DNA of 64,000 bases. Origin: an uncultured cyanobacterium (GTDB lineage: Bacteria > Cyanobacteriota > Cyanobacteriia > Cyanobacteriales > Nostocaceae). The stretch covers positions 3,392,001 through 3,456,000 of the forward strand of contig OY970166.1 of NCBI GenBank assembly GCA_963706595.1. The letters are read 5' to 3'. The notes under the pieces are model-generated. The model did no database searches. It was not told the DNA's origin and saw only the letters and a program-made list of their open reading frames with translations. The position numbers and the translations under genes are program-made. Numbering within the stretch: the first letter of the stretch is position 1; every line of letters starts with the position of its first letter. Positions 53,555 through 64,000 of this stretch are shown here, one piece after another.

Positions 53555-55255
53555 ATGAAATATCGGGGTTTTCATATTTCTCTGGCTGCGCCACGCCAGC
53601 TATCAGCCAAAAATTTTGGCCTTTTGCTTAAAAATCACCTCAAATCAAGTTTACCCTTGCGGGCCGGACTAACAGCTTTGTTATTTGCATCAGGCGGTTC
53701 AGTATTACTGACCAGTCAGGCCAATGCTGGTGCTACCAACCAACAAACTTTAATGGCGCAAGTGCCTACATCTGCAACAGTCATTTACGTTAACCCAGAA
53801 ATCGGTGCAGATACAACTGGTGTTGGAACCACAGCAGCAGCGCCCTATAAGACTATTACTTTTGCTCTCAGACAAGCCCAAGCAGGTACAGTGATTCAAC
53901 TAGCACCGGGAACTTATAACAGCGACTCTGGGGAACAATTTCCTTTATTGCTCAAACCAGGGATGACCCTACGGGGTGATGAATCTAGTAAAGGTCAGGC
54001 AATTTTAATTCGTGGTGGTGGTTTCTACACCAGTGTTACCTTTGCTAGACAAGATATTACCATCTTGGCTACCGAGAATACTACTGTTGCAGGTTTAACC
54101 GTCACTAACCCCAATCAGCGTGGTACTGCCGTTTGGGTAGAATCAAGTAATCCAACTATCAAAAATAATACTTTCACCAACAGTTCTAGAGAAGGTGTTT
54201 TCGTTACAGGTACAGGTAGACCCAAAATTGAAAATAACCTGTTTGTACAGAACCAAGGTAACGGGATTTCCATAACTAAAACTGCCCAAGGTGAAATTCG
54301 CAATAACTTGTTTCAAGATACAGGCTTTGGTCTGGCGATAGGTGGTACTTCCACACCACTTATTGAAGGAAACCAAATAGTTCAAAACCAAGATGGTCTG
54401 TTTATCTCAGAATCCGCTAGACCTATCCTGCGTCAGAATGTCATTCAAAACAATAAGCGGGATGGTATTGTTGCCACTGTCAATGCTCAACCTGACCTTG
54501 GTACTAATGAAAATCCTGGGGGCAATCTCATTCGTGGTAATACTCGTCACGATGTAAATAATGCCACCTCTCGTAATACGATCCTCGCGATTGGTAATGA
54601 TATTGATCAAAGTCGCATTTCTGGTCGAGTCGATTTCGTAGCTGCTACGGTTGACCTACCCACTGGTCAGAGTGCCTTTAGAGATGTACCTGAAGGTTAC
54701 TGGGCAAAAGCTTACATTGAAGCCTTAGCCGCTCAAAATATTATTGCTGGTTTTCCTGATGGCACTTTCAAACCCAATGACCCTGTAACCCGCGCTCAAT
54801 TTGCCACTATTGTCACCAAAGCTTTGACACCACCCATGAAACGTGGGGCGATTAATTTTAGAGATGTAGCCAGCAATTTCTGGGCTTACGGTGCGATTCA
54901 ATCTGCTTACCGGAGTGAATTTCTCGCTGGTTATCCTGATGGGAGATTTCAACCACAGCAGCAAATTCCTAGAGTACAGGCACTGGTTTCTTTAGCCAAC
55001 GGTCTGGGTTTCACTGCCAATAATCAAAATGCTCTGACTTTTTACAGTGATGCTGCCCAGATTCCTAATTACGCAATTGGCCCGGTAGCTGCGGCAACTA
55101 CACGACAATTAGTGATTAACTATCCCACAGCTAGACAACTCAATCCCAATCGTCCTGCAACTAGAGCAGAAATTGCCGCCTTTGTTTATCAGGCGCTAGT
55201 TAATGCTGGGCGTGTTGAACCAATTCCTTCACCCTATTTGGTAACAGTGCAGTAA
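53555..55255 (+). CDS. DUF1565 beta-helix plus S-layer homology domain protein
   Basis: PYKTITFAL, GEQFPL, parallel beta-helix, C-terminal SLH (F.DV..YWA, GFPDGTF.P, TRAE). Confidence 0.88.
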   Translation: MKYRGFHISLAAPRQLSAKNFGLLLKNHLKSSLPLRAGLTALLFASGGSVLLTSQANAGATNQQTLMAQVPTSATVIYVNPEIGADTTGVGTTAAAPYKTITFALRQAQAGTVIQLAPGTYNSDSGEQFPLLLKPGMTLRGDESSKGQAILIRGGGFYTSVTFARQDITILATENTTVAGLTVTNPNQRGTAVWVESSNPTIKNNTFTNSSREGVFVTGTGRPKIENNLFVQNQGNGISITKTAQGEIRNNLFQDTGFGLAIGGTSTPLIEGNQIVQNQDGLFISESARPILRQNVIQNNKRDGIVATVNAQPDLGTNENPGGNLIRGNTRHDVNNATSRNTILAIGNDIDQSRISGRVDFVAATVDLPTGQSAFRDVPEGYWAKAYIEALAAQNIIAGFPDGTFKPNDPVTRAQFATIVTKALTPPMKRGAINFRDVASNFWAYGAIQSAYRSEFLAGYPDGRFQPQQQIPRVQALVSLANGLGFTANNQNALTFYSDAAQIPNYAIGPVAAATTRQLVINYPTARQLNPNRPATRAEIAAFVYQALVNAGRVEPIPSPYLVTVQ

Positions 55256-55264
55256 AACTTCTCG

Positions 55265-55300
55265 CTTTGACATCCTTGTGATTTTTCGAGGGTGTCAAAG
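55265..55300. terminator. Hairpin between convergent genes (likely bidirectional terminator)
   Basis: CTTTGACATCC...GGGTGTCAAAG. Confidence 0.6.
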
Positions 55301-55305
55301 TATGT

Positions 55306-55575
55306 TTACGAACGTTTTTGCCGATTTTGTTCCCAGCGCCAGAGAAAAATCATCAGGGCTAAAACTCCGATTTGTAGGGCTAAGTTAGGCGCAGCGTTAT
55401 CAATATCTCTTCCAGCTAGGACTTGAAAAAAGAAAATAAATGCCCCAATTAAAGCAGATGCACCAAAACCGATATAAATAAATTGCCGAAAACCACGATA
55501 GGGTGTTGCCATTTCGGCTTTGAGGCGGGCATATTGTTCAGGATTAAGGTTATTTTTAGAATTTGGTTTTACCAT
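55306..55575 (-). CDS. DUF3493 domain membrane protein
   Basis: RLKAE...PYRGFRQFIY..FGASA. Confidence 0.8.
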   Translation of the reverse strand: MVKPNSKNNLNPEQYARLKAEMATPYRGFRQFIYIGFGASALIGAFIFFFQVLAGRDIDNAAPNLALQIGVLALMIFLWRWEQNRQKRS

Positions 55576-55608
55576 GAATAAATAATGCTATAATGTTTTG
55601 CTGTACGC

Positions 55609-55680
55609 GCCGATGTGGCTCAGTGGTAGAGCAGCTGATTCGTAATCAGCAGGCCACGGGTTCAAATCCCGTCATCGGCT
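55609..55680 (+). tRNA. tRNA-Thr(CGT)
   Basis: GCCGATG/CATCGGC acceptor stem, GCTGA-TTCGTAA-TCAGC anticodon arm, GGTTCAAATCC T-arm. Confidence 0.96.
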
Positions 55681-55834
55681 TAAGTCGAATTACTGAAAAA
55701 TACTTCACTCCAGCTATTGTCCCATGTAAAAGTGGTAACTTTTTGTATGATGCGATCGCAGGCTCTGGGTTTTTACCACTAATTTCCGCAATAATATCAA
55801 TATTTTTCCTAAAAAAACAAATTTCAGCAGCAAT

Positions 55835-56799
55835 ATGGAAGTTATCTCTCAAGAAAAGCCGAATATACCCCAACCGCCAACATTTACTTCTATTGAGGAA
55901 GAACGCCAGCATCGTAAACAGCGCCTCACCGCAGCATTACGCCTGTTTGCCCGCTATGGTTTTGATGAGGGTATTGCGGGACATATCACGGCACGCGACC
56001 CAGAACACCCAGAACATTTTTGGGTGAACCCCTTAGCGATGCACTTTAGTTTAATAAAAGTCAGCGACCTGATTTTAGTTAATCACCAAGGTGAAGTGAT
56101 TCAAGGCAATTACCCAGTAAATCAAGCAGCTTTTGCAATTCATTCTCAAATTCATGCAGCGCGTCCCGATGTGGTAGCAGCAGCTCATGCACATTCCATA
56201 TATGGTAAAAGCTGGTCTAGCCTCGGTCGTCTCCTCGACCCTCTTACCCAAGATGCTTGCTCATTCTACCAAGACCACAGCCTATTTAATGACTATACAG
56301 GTGTGGTTTTAGAAGTAGAAGAAGGTCAACGTATTGCCCAAACATTAGGGAGTAATAAAGCTCTTATCCTCAAAAACCACGGCTTACTGACCGAGAATAA
56401 TGGGATACAAGCCCCGTACTTTTAGGATAGGACGGCTTTCTGGTAAAATTGGAATATAGTCGCCACAGGGCATTGGGAGACTTTAAACGAACGTCGAGGG
56501 ATGGTAAGACTATTTCGATAGCACAACCCAATGAAGCGTTAAGGAATCCTCTCTCCTTCAGGAAGAGGAGGTATGTCAAAGTTGGTCACTCAGTTGATGA
56601 AGCTGCTTGGTGGTTGATCACAATGGAGCGCTCTTGTCAAGCACAATTACTAGCTGAGGCCGCTGGTAAACCTAGCACAATTAAACCTGAGTATGCGAGT
56701 TTGGCACATACTCAGGTTGGTTCAGATTATTTGGGTTGGCTTAGTTTTCAACCATTGTATGAGATGATTGTGCGACAAGAACCGGACTTGCTGGAGTGA
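55835..56799 (+). pseudogene. Class II aldolase/adducin family gene interrupted by a 188-bp insertion
   Basis: GHITARDP, IHSQIH..RPDV.AAAHAH, LKNHGLLT | VGHSVDEAAWW; removing 56392-56579 gives a 258-aa ORF. Confidence 0.9.
56392..56579 (+). mobile_element. Non-autonomous IS200/IS605-derived mini-element (PATE-like): left end plus right end with putative omega-RNA scaffold
   Basis: Inserted after TGAC without target duplication; LE hairpin AAGCCCCGT...ACGGCTT; RE hairpin TCCTCTCTCC-TTCA-GGAAGAGGA followed by terminal TCAA. Confidence 0.88.
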
Positions 56800-57841
56800 A
56801 AGCAAACTTTTTTTGTTGGCGTTTAATAACTCCTGCTGCACCTAAAGCACCAAAGGCCAATATCCCCAATACAGCCCCAGGTTCGGGAACAGATTCAGGG
56901 TGAAGTGCTACAAGTGCTGCGTCTGCAACTAAACGATGAACATTTGTTGTGGGATGTACATTATCAAAAAATAAAAATTCGTTTTGTTGCTCAACATCAC
57001 ATTCATTGATAATGGTAGTCAAGCTACCTACTACACAAGGGGTAGTTACATTTGTAAAGCCAAATTCTTCGGGATTATTTCCAATTCGATTAAGTAGCGA
57101 AAATACATCAACATTAAACAGATTAATGTCAGGTTTGTTGCTTTTAAATATGTTCAAACTTTCGGCTAATTTATTGTTATGGTCAATTGTTAAAGCAGTC
57201 AAAGTTGGTGATTGCTCTGTAGCAAATGCAAAAGGAGTTGCACCTAAATCTGGTAAATTGAATACCATGATATTTTTAGCCCCAGCTGTAGCCAAAGAAT
57301 CTATTGCCGTTGATAAATTTATCACTGTTTGATCAGTAGTAAGATTTCCACCAAACAGGTAATCATTACCACCTCCCCATACAGCATATAGAGCATTGGG
57401 GTCAATCTGCTGATTCGTGCTGAGGAATGGTTGGGTAAACAAATTAACTTGACCTAATACTCCCGGTAATGGCACACTCGGAATAACAGCGTTACCAGAA
57501 CCAGAAGTAGAACCACCGATAGCGAAGTTAATACTCTGGTTAAAAATAGTCGTGTCGAAGGGAGGAGTACCTAAAGTTGTGAATGGAGTGGGCGTTAAAT
57601 TTAGATTTTCTCCCAGGTAATCCACCCAAATTTTATCATTAGAAAAACGTCCATTAAAGTAGGGTGGGCTTGGAGGTAAATCTGGTATATTGCTGAAAAG
57701 TTGAGTAAAATTTAAAATGTTACCCGTATCAGAAAGACTATCACCAAATATATAAAAATTGCTAAAATCAGCACCTAAAGCTTTTAATGGTAACAGGAAA
57801 GAAAAAAAGACAAATCCTGCTGCAACAAATGTGTTTTTCAT
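56741..57841 (-). CDS. SGNH/GDSL lipase/esterase with PEP-CTERM-like tail
   Basis: FGDSLSDTGN, GRFSN, GGND, FFDNVHPT, SVPEP plus TM. Confidence 0.92.
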   Translation of the reverse strand: MKNTFVAAGFVFFSFLLPLKALGADFSNFYIFGDSLSDTGNILNFTQLFSNIPDLPPSPPYFNGRFSNDKIWVDYLGENLNLTPTPFTTLGTPPFDTTIFNQSINFAIGGSTSGSGNAVIPSVPLPGVLGQVNLFTQPFLSTNQQIDPNALYAVWGGGNDYLFGGNLTTDQTVINLSTAIDSLATAGAKNIMVFNLPDLGATPFAFATEQSPTLTALTIDHNNKLAESLNIFKSNKPDINLFNVDVFSLLNRIGNNPEEFGFTNVTTPCVVGSLTTIINECDVEQQNEFLFFDNVHPTTNVHRLVADAALVALHPESVPEPGAVLGILAFGALGAAGVIKRQQKKFAFTPASPVLVAQSSHTMVEN

Positions 57842-58113
57842 GCTTATTGTGTGGTTATCTCTGACGAGTATTCGGCTTCAGAAGTATTTATCGTAATCCG
57901 GTTTGATTTCTGCTGGATTTACGTGATTTTATCGAATACGGCTGACGTTACCAAGTCAATGTGTAGTATGAATTACTTTCATGCCAAAAAATTTATTTAA
58001 TCTTTATGATTTATGGGTTAAATTTCAATTAATTGTGAAGTTTCATCAAGAAAATTCGGTAGAGTTGAAAAATAACCCAGCCTACTGCTAGATGTATGAT
58101 CAAGAGATCAGGT

Positions 58114-59494
58114 TTAGCTTGGCGATCGCTTGATATTCAAAGCCTCACTAGCCGATACACCCTCACCTAAAGTGCCAAAATATCCTAAAGCGGCCGCAGC
58201 TTCAGCGCGAGACACTGGTTTTTTAGGTTGGAACAAGGTTGTGTAGCCAAACACCCGGCGAATATTCGATTGTTCGCCATTTTGGAAATCAGCCAGCACC
58301 GCACGTAATGCTTTGGGGTCAATTTTTCCGGTATCTTGAAAACCCCAAGTCTGTTTAACTGCTTCTAAATTGGCAGCAGGTAAGGCTTGGCGAGTATCTA
58401 GGGGAATTTTCCACAAAATTAACTGTTCTCGTGTCAGTGGTGCATCTGGTTGAAATAAAACTGCTGTAGAGTCACCAGACAAAGGACTAGGGATTAAACC
58501 AGTTTCAGCTAACCCTTGAATTACTGGAAAATCAACATCTGATTTTGACACATCACTAAAAGTCGCTTGAGTGACTTTCTGATGCCAAGCGAATCTGTTT
58601 AGCTGGATTATTAATATACATGGCATTGTTAGCAGCAACTAGCCAACGAGCATATTCCCGGCGAGTCACGTTTTTACTGGGTTCAAATGAGTTACGGTTG
58701 GCATCATTAGAGCTACTATTAGCTTCTTGAGACTTTAAAGACAAAATGCCCAAAGCTGCTAAGTCTTCAATGGCTGGACGTAGTTCTGGCGGTGCTTGGT
58801 TGAGATCATTGAATGTTTGAGATTTTGCTGCATCTGTTGTAGTTGTTTGGCTACCGGATGTACTGTCTGGCTGCGTTACCAAATTATCCGGTAGTGGTGG
58901 ACCAAAAACATTTGGATTGTTGGATTGAGAACTTGCGGTTTCAGTAGGTTTTGCTGTTGCGGTGCTATTAGATATATATTCAATCACTAATGCAGTGGCT
59001 GTTTGTGGTTGATCAGGTTTGGGGTTAGTAACTGATTGTGGTTGAATAGAAACCTTAACTTGTAAATCTCCGCGATTTGCTTCAAAGGTATCTGCTAAAT
59101 CATCTGTAGGCTGTTGTAAAATCTGCCAGTCATTTTTCTGAAACTGGTCACTATAAAAGCTAGTAATAAAGTTGCTGGGATCAGAACTCAGCCAGCGAGT
59201 GACTACGCTATTTTCGGCAACCCTAGCAGGTGTGACTGACTCTAATTTAGCATTGGGATACAAAGGGATATTTGGGGGAAAATCAGATGGTAACTCAACT
59301 GCGGGTTTGTTCTGCCCTAGTAACGGTTCTTTTTTCGGAGATTCACCCAAGATTCCGGGGTTATCTTGCAGCCTGGGATCTGCCGCTAAAGACTGTTCGA
59401 GGGTTTTGGCGGTGGGATTATTACCACAAGCTGTTAAAGAAGTAAATAAAATAGCCAAACTCAGTAAGACAGCTGGACGTTTACAGAAAATCAC
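58114..59494 (-). pseudogene. S-layer homology domain lipoprotein split by a frameshift near 58573
   Basis: Lipobox LTAC; QIRLASES in one frame continues as TQATFSDV in the other after removing one base. Confidence 0.75.
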
Positions 59495-59555
59495 AGCAAA
59501 TTACAAATTACGTGTCAATTCCTACCCTAGCGCAGACTACTACAACTGAGTTAAA

Positions 59556-60419
59556 TTAAAGTCGCAATGAAAATTGCCGAAGCACAGCAAAACTGATGAG
59601 CTTGATGGGTCTTTTAGACTGTTTAATAAGTTTCGGACGTAGAAAGCGTCCAGTGGCCAAACGGGACAGTCCTTTGATCCGAGCTTGTAACCTGACCGTG
59701 AGAAACTTTAGTTTTTCGGGCTTTTGATCTACAGCATATAAAGGCATGAACGCCAGCTTACCGTAGAGTGTATCAGCACGATGAGAGTTACTTAAATTGT
59801 TTTGCGAATGTTCTGGATTCGGTAAACCCCCATGTTCCCCATAGTTCCGCCAAGGAATATAGTTCTTCAATTTTCTTTTACGGAGAAAAGAATCAATATT
59901 AGAATCCCAAGTTGAATAGTTAGTTTCTCCCACTTTTTCGCGAATTTCTTCTGCAAGTTCTAGCAGGTAGCCAGCACTCTGAGGAGTCACAATGTAAGCA
60001 ACTGTTGAAGCGGAAAATCCTTCAACGTAGCCATGAGAAGAAATGTTATATATCTGAGGCGCACAAGTGTATAGCCAGCTAAGACCTACATCAGTTTGAT
60101 CGGGATTAAATGGTAGGGGAAGTTGACCAAAACCCACTACTGGGACAAAATCTGCTTCCACAATGATAACTGGTTTGTCTTCTTGAATGGCTTGTTTCCA
60201 GGCGCGGCAATGATTCAACAAACATAAATAACTCCGAGAAAAGTTTTGGTATTCAGGTTTAGTTTCTTGTCTGAGAACTTCACACTGGAAACCTTCTTGA
60301 GTTAATACTTCCTGAAGTTGTTGTGTTGATTCTTTGTAAGCAATGATGAAAATTTTATCAATATGGGTAACAAGTTTGCTACTCAGGTTTTTTCGGGTAT
60401 TTATTAATATATTTGACAT
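59556..60419 (-). CDS. Glycosyltransferase family 25-like (LPS biosynthesis) protein
   Basis: CLLNH..AW, IIVEADF, TVAYIV. Confidence 0.7.
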   Translation of the reverse strand: MSNILINTRKNLSSKLVTHIDKIFIIAYKESTQQLQEVLTQEGFQCEVLRQETKPEYQNFSRSYLCLLNHCRAWKQAIQEDKPVIIVEADFVPVVGFGQLPLPFNPDQTDVGLSWLYTCAPQIYNISSHGYVEGFSASTVAYIVTPQSAGYLLELAEEIREKVGETNYSTWDSNIDSFLRKRKLKNYIPWRNYGEHGGLPNPEHSQNNLSNSHRADTLYGKLAFMPLYAVDQKPEKLKFLTVRLQARIKGLSRLATGRFLRPKLIKQSKRPIKLISFAVLRQFSLRL

Positions 60420-60833
60420 ATTTAAATGAGCAACAAATTCAATTTTTTCGTTTCCATGTTTACAGGCGATCGCAACTTGTAAATAATGATTTATAAAAAT
60501 TTTATACTTGAACCAATTCTAACATTTCTTAAATTGCATTTTTTACTTGAGATGTATCTTTAAAGAATTGGCAAAAGGGGATGTCCTTAGTCCATGTTTA
60601 GTAAAAAGCTTCACTTTTTTAGTAAGTATTTGGTAATAAAATGTGAGACTTTTTTAAAAGAAGGCAAAGAATGTGTCTATGCAAGCGGTTGATGATTACT
60701 AACTTAGGCTGCTGTAATTGATTAATGACACTTTAATTGAGAGTATTTTTCAATATTAAGAAGTTTTCACAACATTATACCATAAACTTATTTTTTGCCA
60801 ATGATAAATTGCATCGCGGATATTCAAAATTTT

Positions 60834-62321
60834 CTATTTTTCAATTTGCGGTGCGGGTAATTGATTTAAAACTCTCCACAACACTGTATAACTACCATCG
60901 GTACGGCGACGCACTGGACGGAAAGCCAGGATAATGTCACTACTGGGAATCTGTTGTAGTTGCTCTGAGGATATAGGCTGACCATTTAAGATGATGTCTG
61001 GCAGTTGAAATTGTAGCGATCGCACTACATAAGTATGGTTTAATTTCGCTTGAGCATGGGCTAAAATTAATTGCTGATTTTTACCAGTCAAAAACCGCCT
61101 TTTTTCTACTTGTAAAGCATCCAACTGTTTGGGCGGTTGGTAATTCAGCAAAAATTCTCGCGTTGGTGAGGCGACAATTTCCAGTCTCCCATCCAACTTA
61201 TCCAGGGGGACATCACCCACGTCAACCATGAAACTATAATCCCAACCTTGATCCACTAGTTGAAAGCGCTCACCGATCATTTGAAGTGCTAAACTAGGAT
61301 TAAATCCATCCTTAGCATCACCCAAAGAGGGGAAAGGATAACGCTCACTGACATGGGGTTGCAATCGATTCCAAAGAGTATTTAGCGGACGTTGGTAAGC
61401 TGAAGACTGTAATACACGGAAAATACCAGTACGAGGCAATTCCAAAAACTTAGCGTAAATTTGCGGTTCCTGCGGACTGAATCCGTAGGTAAGGCGGTCG
61501 AGTATCGCCGCATTTTCCCAAGGATCTGTAAAGCGGATTTCTGGGGGAAATAATGCTTGTGTTGCCGTTAAGGTTTGCTTGGCAATTGCGAGAGTAGTAA
61601 GTGCTGACTCAGGTGCTGCGATCGCAGGTTGTACAGGCGGTGCATAATTAGCTATGGCTGTTTTGGCATTTCTCCCCATAACTTGTACTTGTGGGGATAA
61701 TAGTTCGGTCGATGCGCCTTGTGTTCCTAAAGTGCTAGTCGATAAATTTGGTTCCATCGCGAAAGGGACTGCGGGCTTTCCCAGATGGGGATATTGTACA
61801 GGCGAAATAGAAAACACAGGATCTGATTGGCGTTCACCAGTGACTAGGGGTAACTGTCTCACTAAGGTTAATTCACCTCGTCGAGATAACAATATGTCTA
61901 GCACTGGAAATAGTTTTAATAACTCCTGGCTATTCGTATACAAAGAGCAGTAAATTTGATCTGGGGCTGGTAAGGGAGGAAAATTTATTGATAAATTCAT
62001 TTGTGAGCTACACAAAGTTTTGGGATTCTTTGGCTGACGATTTACAAAACTTTCTATGCTTTTAATTTGAATTGTTAATTGCCCTCTCACAATTCGCAGA
62101 CGATTGGCATCTGGACTAGTGAGTGCTTCCTCAATCCGAGCAATCAAATCTATCTGGCGCTGTACCAGACTCCCGGCATCAGTATAAAACTTTTCGTCTG
62201 TTGGCTTTGATGTCAGATTTTGAGTGAGGGAAAATTGGGGCTGATATTCAGCACCCAAGCTGGTTACTGGGACAGCAGCTAGACCAAAAGGCAGTAAGAA
62301 ACCGAAAAATAAGTGTCTCAT
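60834..62321 (-). CDS. Secreted hypothetical protein
   Basis: Long ORF with signal peptide; C-terminal TYVVRS...SSDIILAF.PV..DGSYTVLW; start uncertain. Confidence 0.7.
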   Translation of the reverse strand: MRHLFFGFLLPFGLAAVPVTSLGAEYQPQFSLTQNLTSKPTDEKFYTDAGSLVQRQIDLIARIEEALTSPDANRLRIVRGQLTIQIKSIESFVNRQPKNPKTLCSSQMNLSINFPPLPAPDQIYCSLYTNSQELLKLFPVLDILLSRRGELTLVRQLPLVTGERQSDPVFSISPVQYPHLGKPAVPFAMEPNLSTSTLGTQGASTELLSPQVQVMGRNAKTAIANYAPPVQPAIAAPESALTTLAIAKQTLTATQALFPPEIRFTDPWENAAILDRLTYGFSPQEPQIYAKFLELPRTGIFRVLQSSAYQRPLNTLWNRLQPHVSERYPFPSLGDAKDGFNPSLALQMIGERFQLVDQGWDYSFMVDVGDVPLDKLDGRLEIVASPTREFLLNYQPPKQLDALQVEKRRFLTGKNQQLILAHAQAKLNHTYVVRSLQFQLPDIILNGQPISSEQLQQIPSSDIILAFRPVRRRTDGSYTVLWRVLNQLPAPQIEK

Positions 62322-62470
62322 GTCCAAAACGCCGAGCATATAGGAGGATGAAAAATCTAAAATAGATATTAAATTGAAGAAAATCAACGACCATCGACAA
62401 CCGTCAGTCCATTCTACTTTCTGTTAAGCGAAGCGTCGCCAGGTTGTTACCAGTGCTGAAACACGATTAC

Positions 62471-63658
62471 ATGCAAGTTTCCCAGGATCAGCCTATTTAT
62501 TCTGAGGCTCCTCTCCAGCTGTTGCTATTTGTCGATGGAAGACCAAAGTCTCGACAACAAGTGCAGCGTATCCGTGCTTACTTAAAAGAATTGCAGGCTG
62601 AGTATAAGTTTGAACTTCAAACTATTGATGTCGGGCAACAACCTTATTTAGCAGAACATTTTAAATTAGTCGCCACGCCAGCTTTAATTAAAATCCACCC
62701 AGAACCCAGACAGATTATAGCTGGAAGTAATATCATCGCCCAATTGAAAAACTGGTGGCCTCGTTGGCAAGCGGCTGTGGATGCTTATGTAAAATTGCAA
62801 GAAGATTTACAAGAACAAATTGATGACAATAGTCGAATTTCATCACCTAAATCAACAATTCGTTCTGTGGCTGTTTCTGCGGAACTGATCAAACTTTCAG
62901 ACGAAGTTTTTCGCTTAAAGCAGGAAAAAGACAAACTTCAGGAGCAGTTACAATTTAAAGACCGGGTAATTGCGATGCTGGCGCACGATCTCCGCAATCC
63001 TCTCACAGCCGCCGCGATCGCCATCGAAACTCTACAATCTAATTACAGTATAGAAATGGGTGCATTTGTGCGGCTGAAACCAGCGATGGCCGCACATTTA
63101 TTAAAACAAGCCCGCAGTCAAACCAAGACCATTGATAGAATGATTGCTGACCTGTTGCAGGTCGGTCAGGGCAGTGATACAGAACTGCCTATAATACCAC
63201 AAAAAATGGAAATTGGCAACCTTTGCTTGGAAGTCTTGTCAGAATTGCGCGATCGCTACATTGCCAAATCCCAACAAATAGACACAGATATTCCTCAAGA
63301 TTTACCCAAGGTCTATGCCGATCCAGAGCGTGTGCGTCAAGTGCTAATCAATTTATTGGATAATGCCATTAAATATACACCAGAAGGTGGTAAAATTACT
63401 ATTGCCGGATTACACCGCACCACCCAAAAAATTCAATTTAGCATTGGTGACACTGGACCAGGAATTCCCATAGAAAACCGCGATCGCATCTTTGAAAACC
63501 ACTATCGGCTACAACGCGATCAAGCCATAGAAGGTTACGGCATTGGTCTTTGTTTATGTCAACGCATCATCCAATCACATTACGGGCAAATTTGGGTAGA
63601 TTCTGCCCCTAATGGTGGTGCATGGTTCCACTTTACATTGCCAGTATATCCATCTTAG
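62471..63658 (+). CDS. sasA: Adaptive-response sensory kinase SasA (KaiB-like domain plus His kinase)
   Basis: [42 protein letters not shown]. Confidence 0.93.
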   Translation: MQVSQDQPIYSEAPLQLLLFVDGRPKSRQQVQRIRAYLKELQAEYKFELQTIDVGQQPYLAEHFKLVATPALIKIHPEPRQIIAGSNIIAQLKNWWPRWQAAVDAYVKLQEDLQEQIDDNSRISSPKSTIRSVAVSAELIKLSDEVFRLKQEKDKLQEQLQFKDRVIAMLAHDLRNPLTAAAIAIETLQSNYSIEMGAFVRLKPAMAAHLLKQARSQTKTIDRMIADLLQVGQGSDTELPIIPQKMEIGNLCLEVLSELRDRYIAKSQQIDTDIPQDLPKVYADPERVRQVLINLLDNAIKYTPEGGKITIAGLHRTTQKIQFSIGDTGPGIPIENRDRIFENHYRLQRDQAIEGYGIGLCLCQRIIQSHYGQIWVDSAPNGGAWFHFTLPVYPS

Positions 63659-63720
63659 GAAGAGACGCGACTCATCGCGTTTCTACCAGAAAGTAGCAAA
63701 AAATATCATCCCTTCAGCAA

Positions 63721-64000
63721 TCAATTCTGCACAATTCGATTGCGTCCCTGTTTTTTTGCTTGATAAAGTGCCTGATCCGCAGCCATAATTAAATTAGAAG
63801 GAGAGGATTCCCAGGTAGGAGTCATCGTCGCCACTCCCATACTCATAGTCACATACTGACTAATCGTAGAAGCACTATGAGCAATTTGTAAATTATTGAC
63901 ACCAGTTTGGATTTCCTTAGCCACGTAAAATGCACCAGAGACATCGGCGTAAGGCATAATCACAGCAAATTCCTCACCACCATAACGTGCTACTAAATCT
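63721..64000 (-). CDS. Diguanylate cyclase (GGDEF), C-terminal part, truncated by window edge
   Basis: DLVARYGGEEFAVI at the window end; ADQALYQAKKQGRN. Confidence 0.9.
   Translation of the reverse strand, partial: DLVARYGGEEFAVIMPYADVSGAFYVAKEIQTGVNNLQIAHSASTISQYVTMSMGVATMTPTWESSPSNLIMAADQALYQAKKQGRNRIVQN

Noticed and set aside
55609..55835. tRNA-Thr as the integration site of a genomic island
   Set aside because: No integrase and no duplicated tRNA 3' end seen in the window
56392..56579. Group I intron or IStron
   Set aside because: Too short once the IS ends are counted, no recognisable P/Q/R/S core, and it ends in TCAA rather than a terminal G

Overview
Chromosomal DNA of a filamentous cyanobacterium, most likely heterocyst-forming (Nostocales). 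The assignment rests on frequent HIP1 GCGATCGC octamers, heptamer STRR repeats, and the genes cphBA, nblB, rpaB and sasA. Most of the window is housekeeping or conserved genes: larB/cpmA, ispF, trmD, cphB-cphA, cbiT, cdsA, malQ, dps, carB, a group 2 sigma factor, mutT, nblB, rpaB, radA, rimP-nusA-ylxR-infB, tRNA-Thr(CGT) and sasA. I see no CRISPR array, prophage or intact transposase. The unusual content is a dense layer of small non-autonomous elements. (1) A 188-bp IS200/IS605-type mini-element made of a left end plus a putative TnpB omega-RNA right end splits a class II aldolase gene, and its precise excision would restore the ORF. (2) An approximately 3.6 x 214-bp composite tandem array with a nested MITE sits between two Fur-like boxes in the dps divergent promoter region. 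(3) A composite heptamer-repeat module with a conserved unique linker recurs three times, always G-rich on the mRNA strand at gene 3' ends. (4) Two tandem pentapeptide-repeat/RidA fusion genes have a constant-variable-constant layout. (5) A tatA gene missed by the ORF track directly abuts a tnpB remnant. There are also several MITEs, REP-like palindromes, SDR insertions and two frameshifted surface-protein genes. All calls come from reading the sequence; no searches were run.
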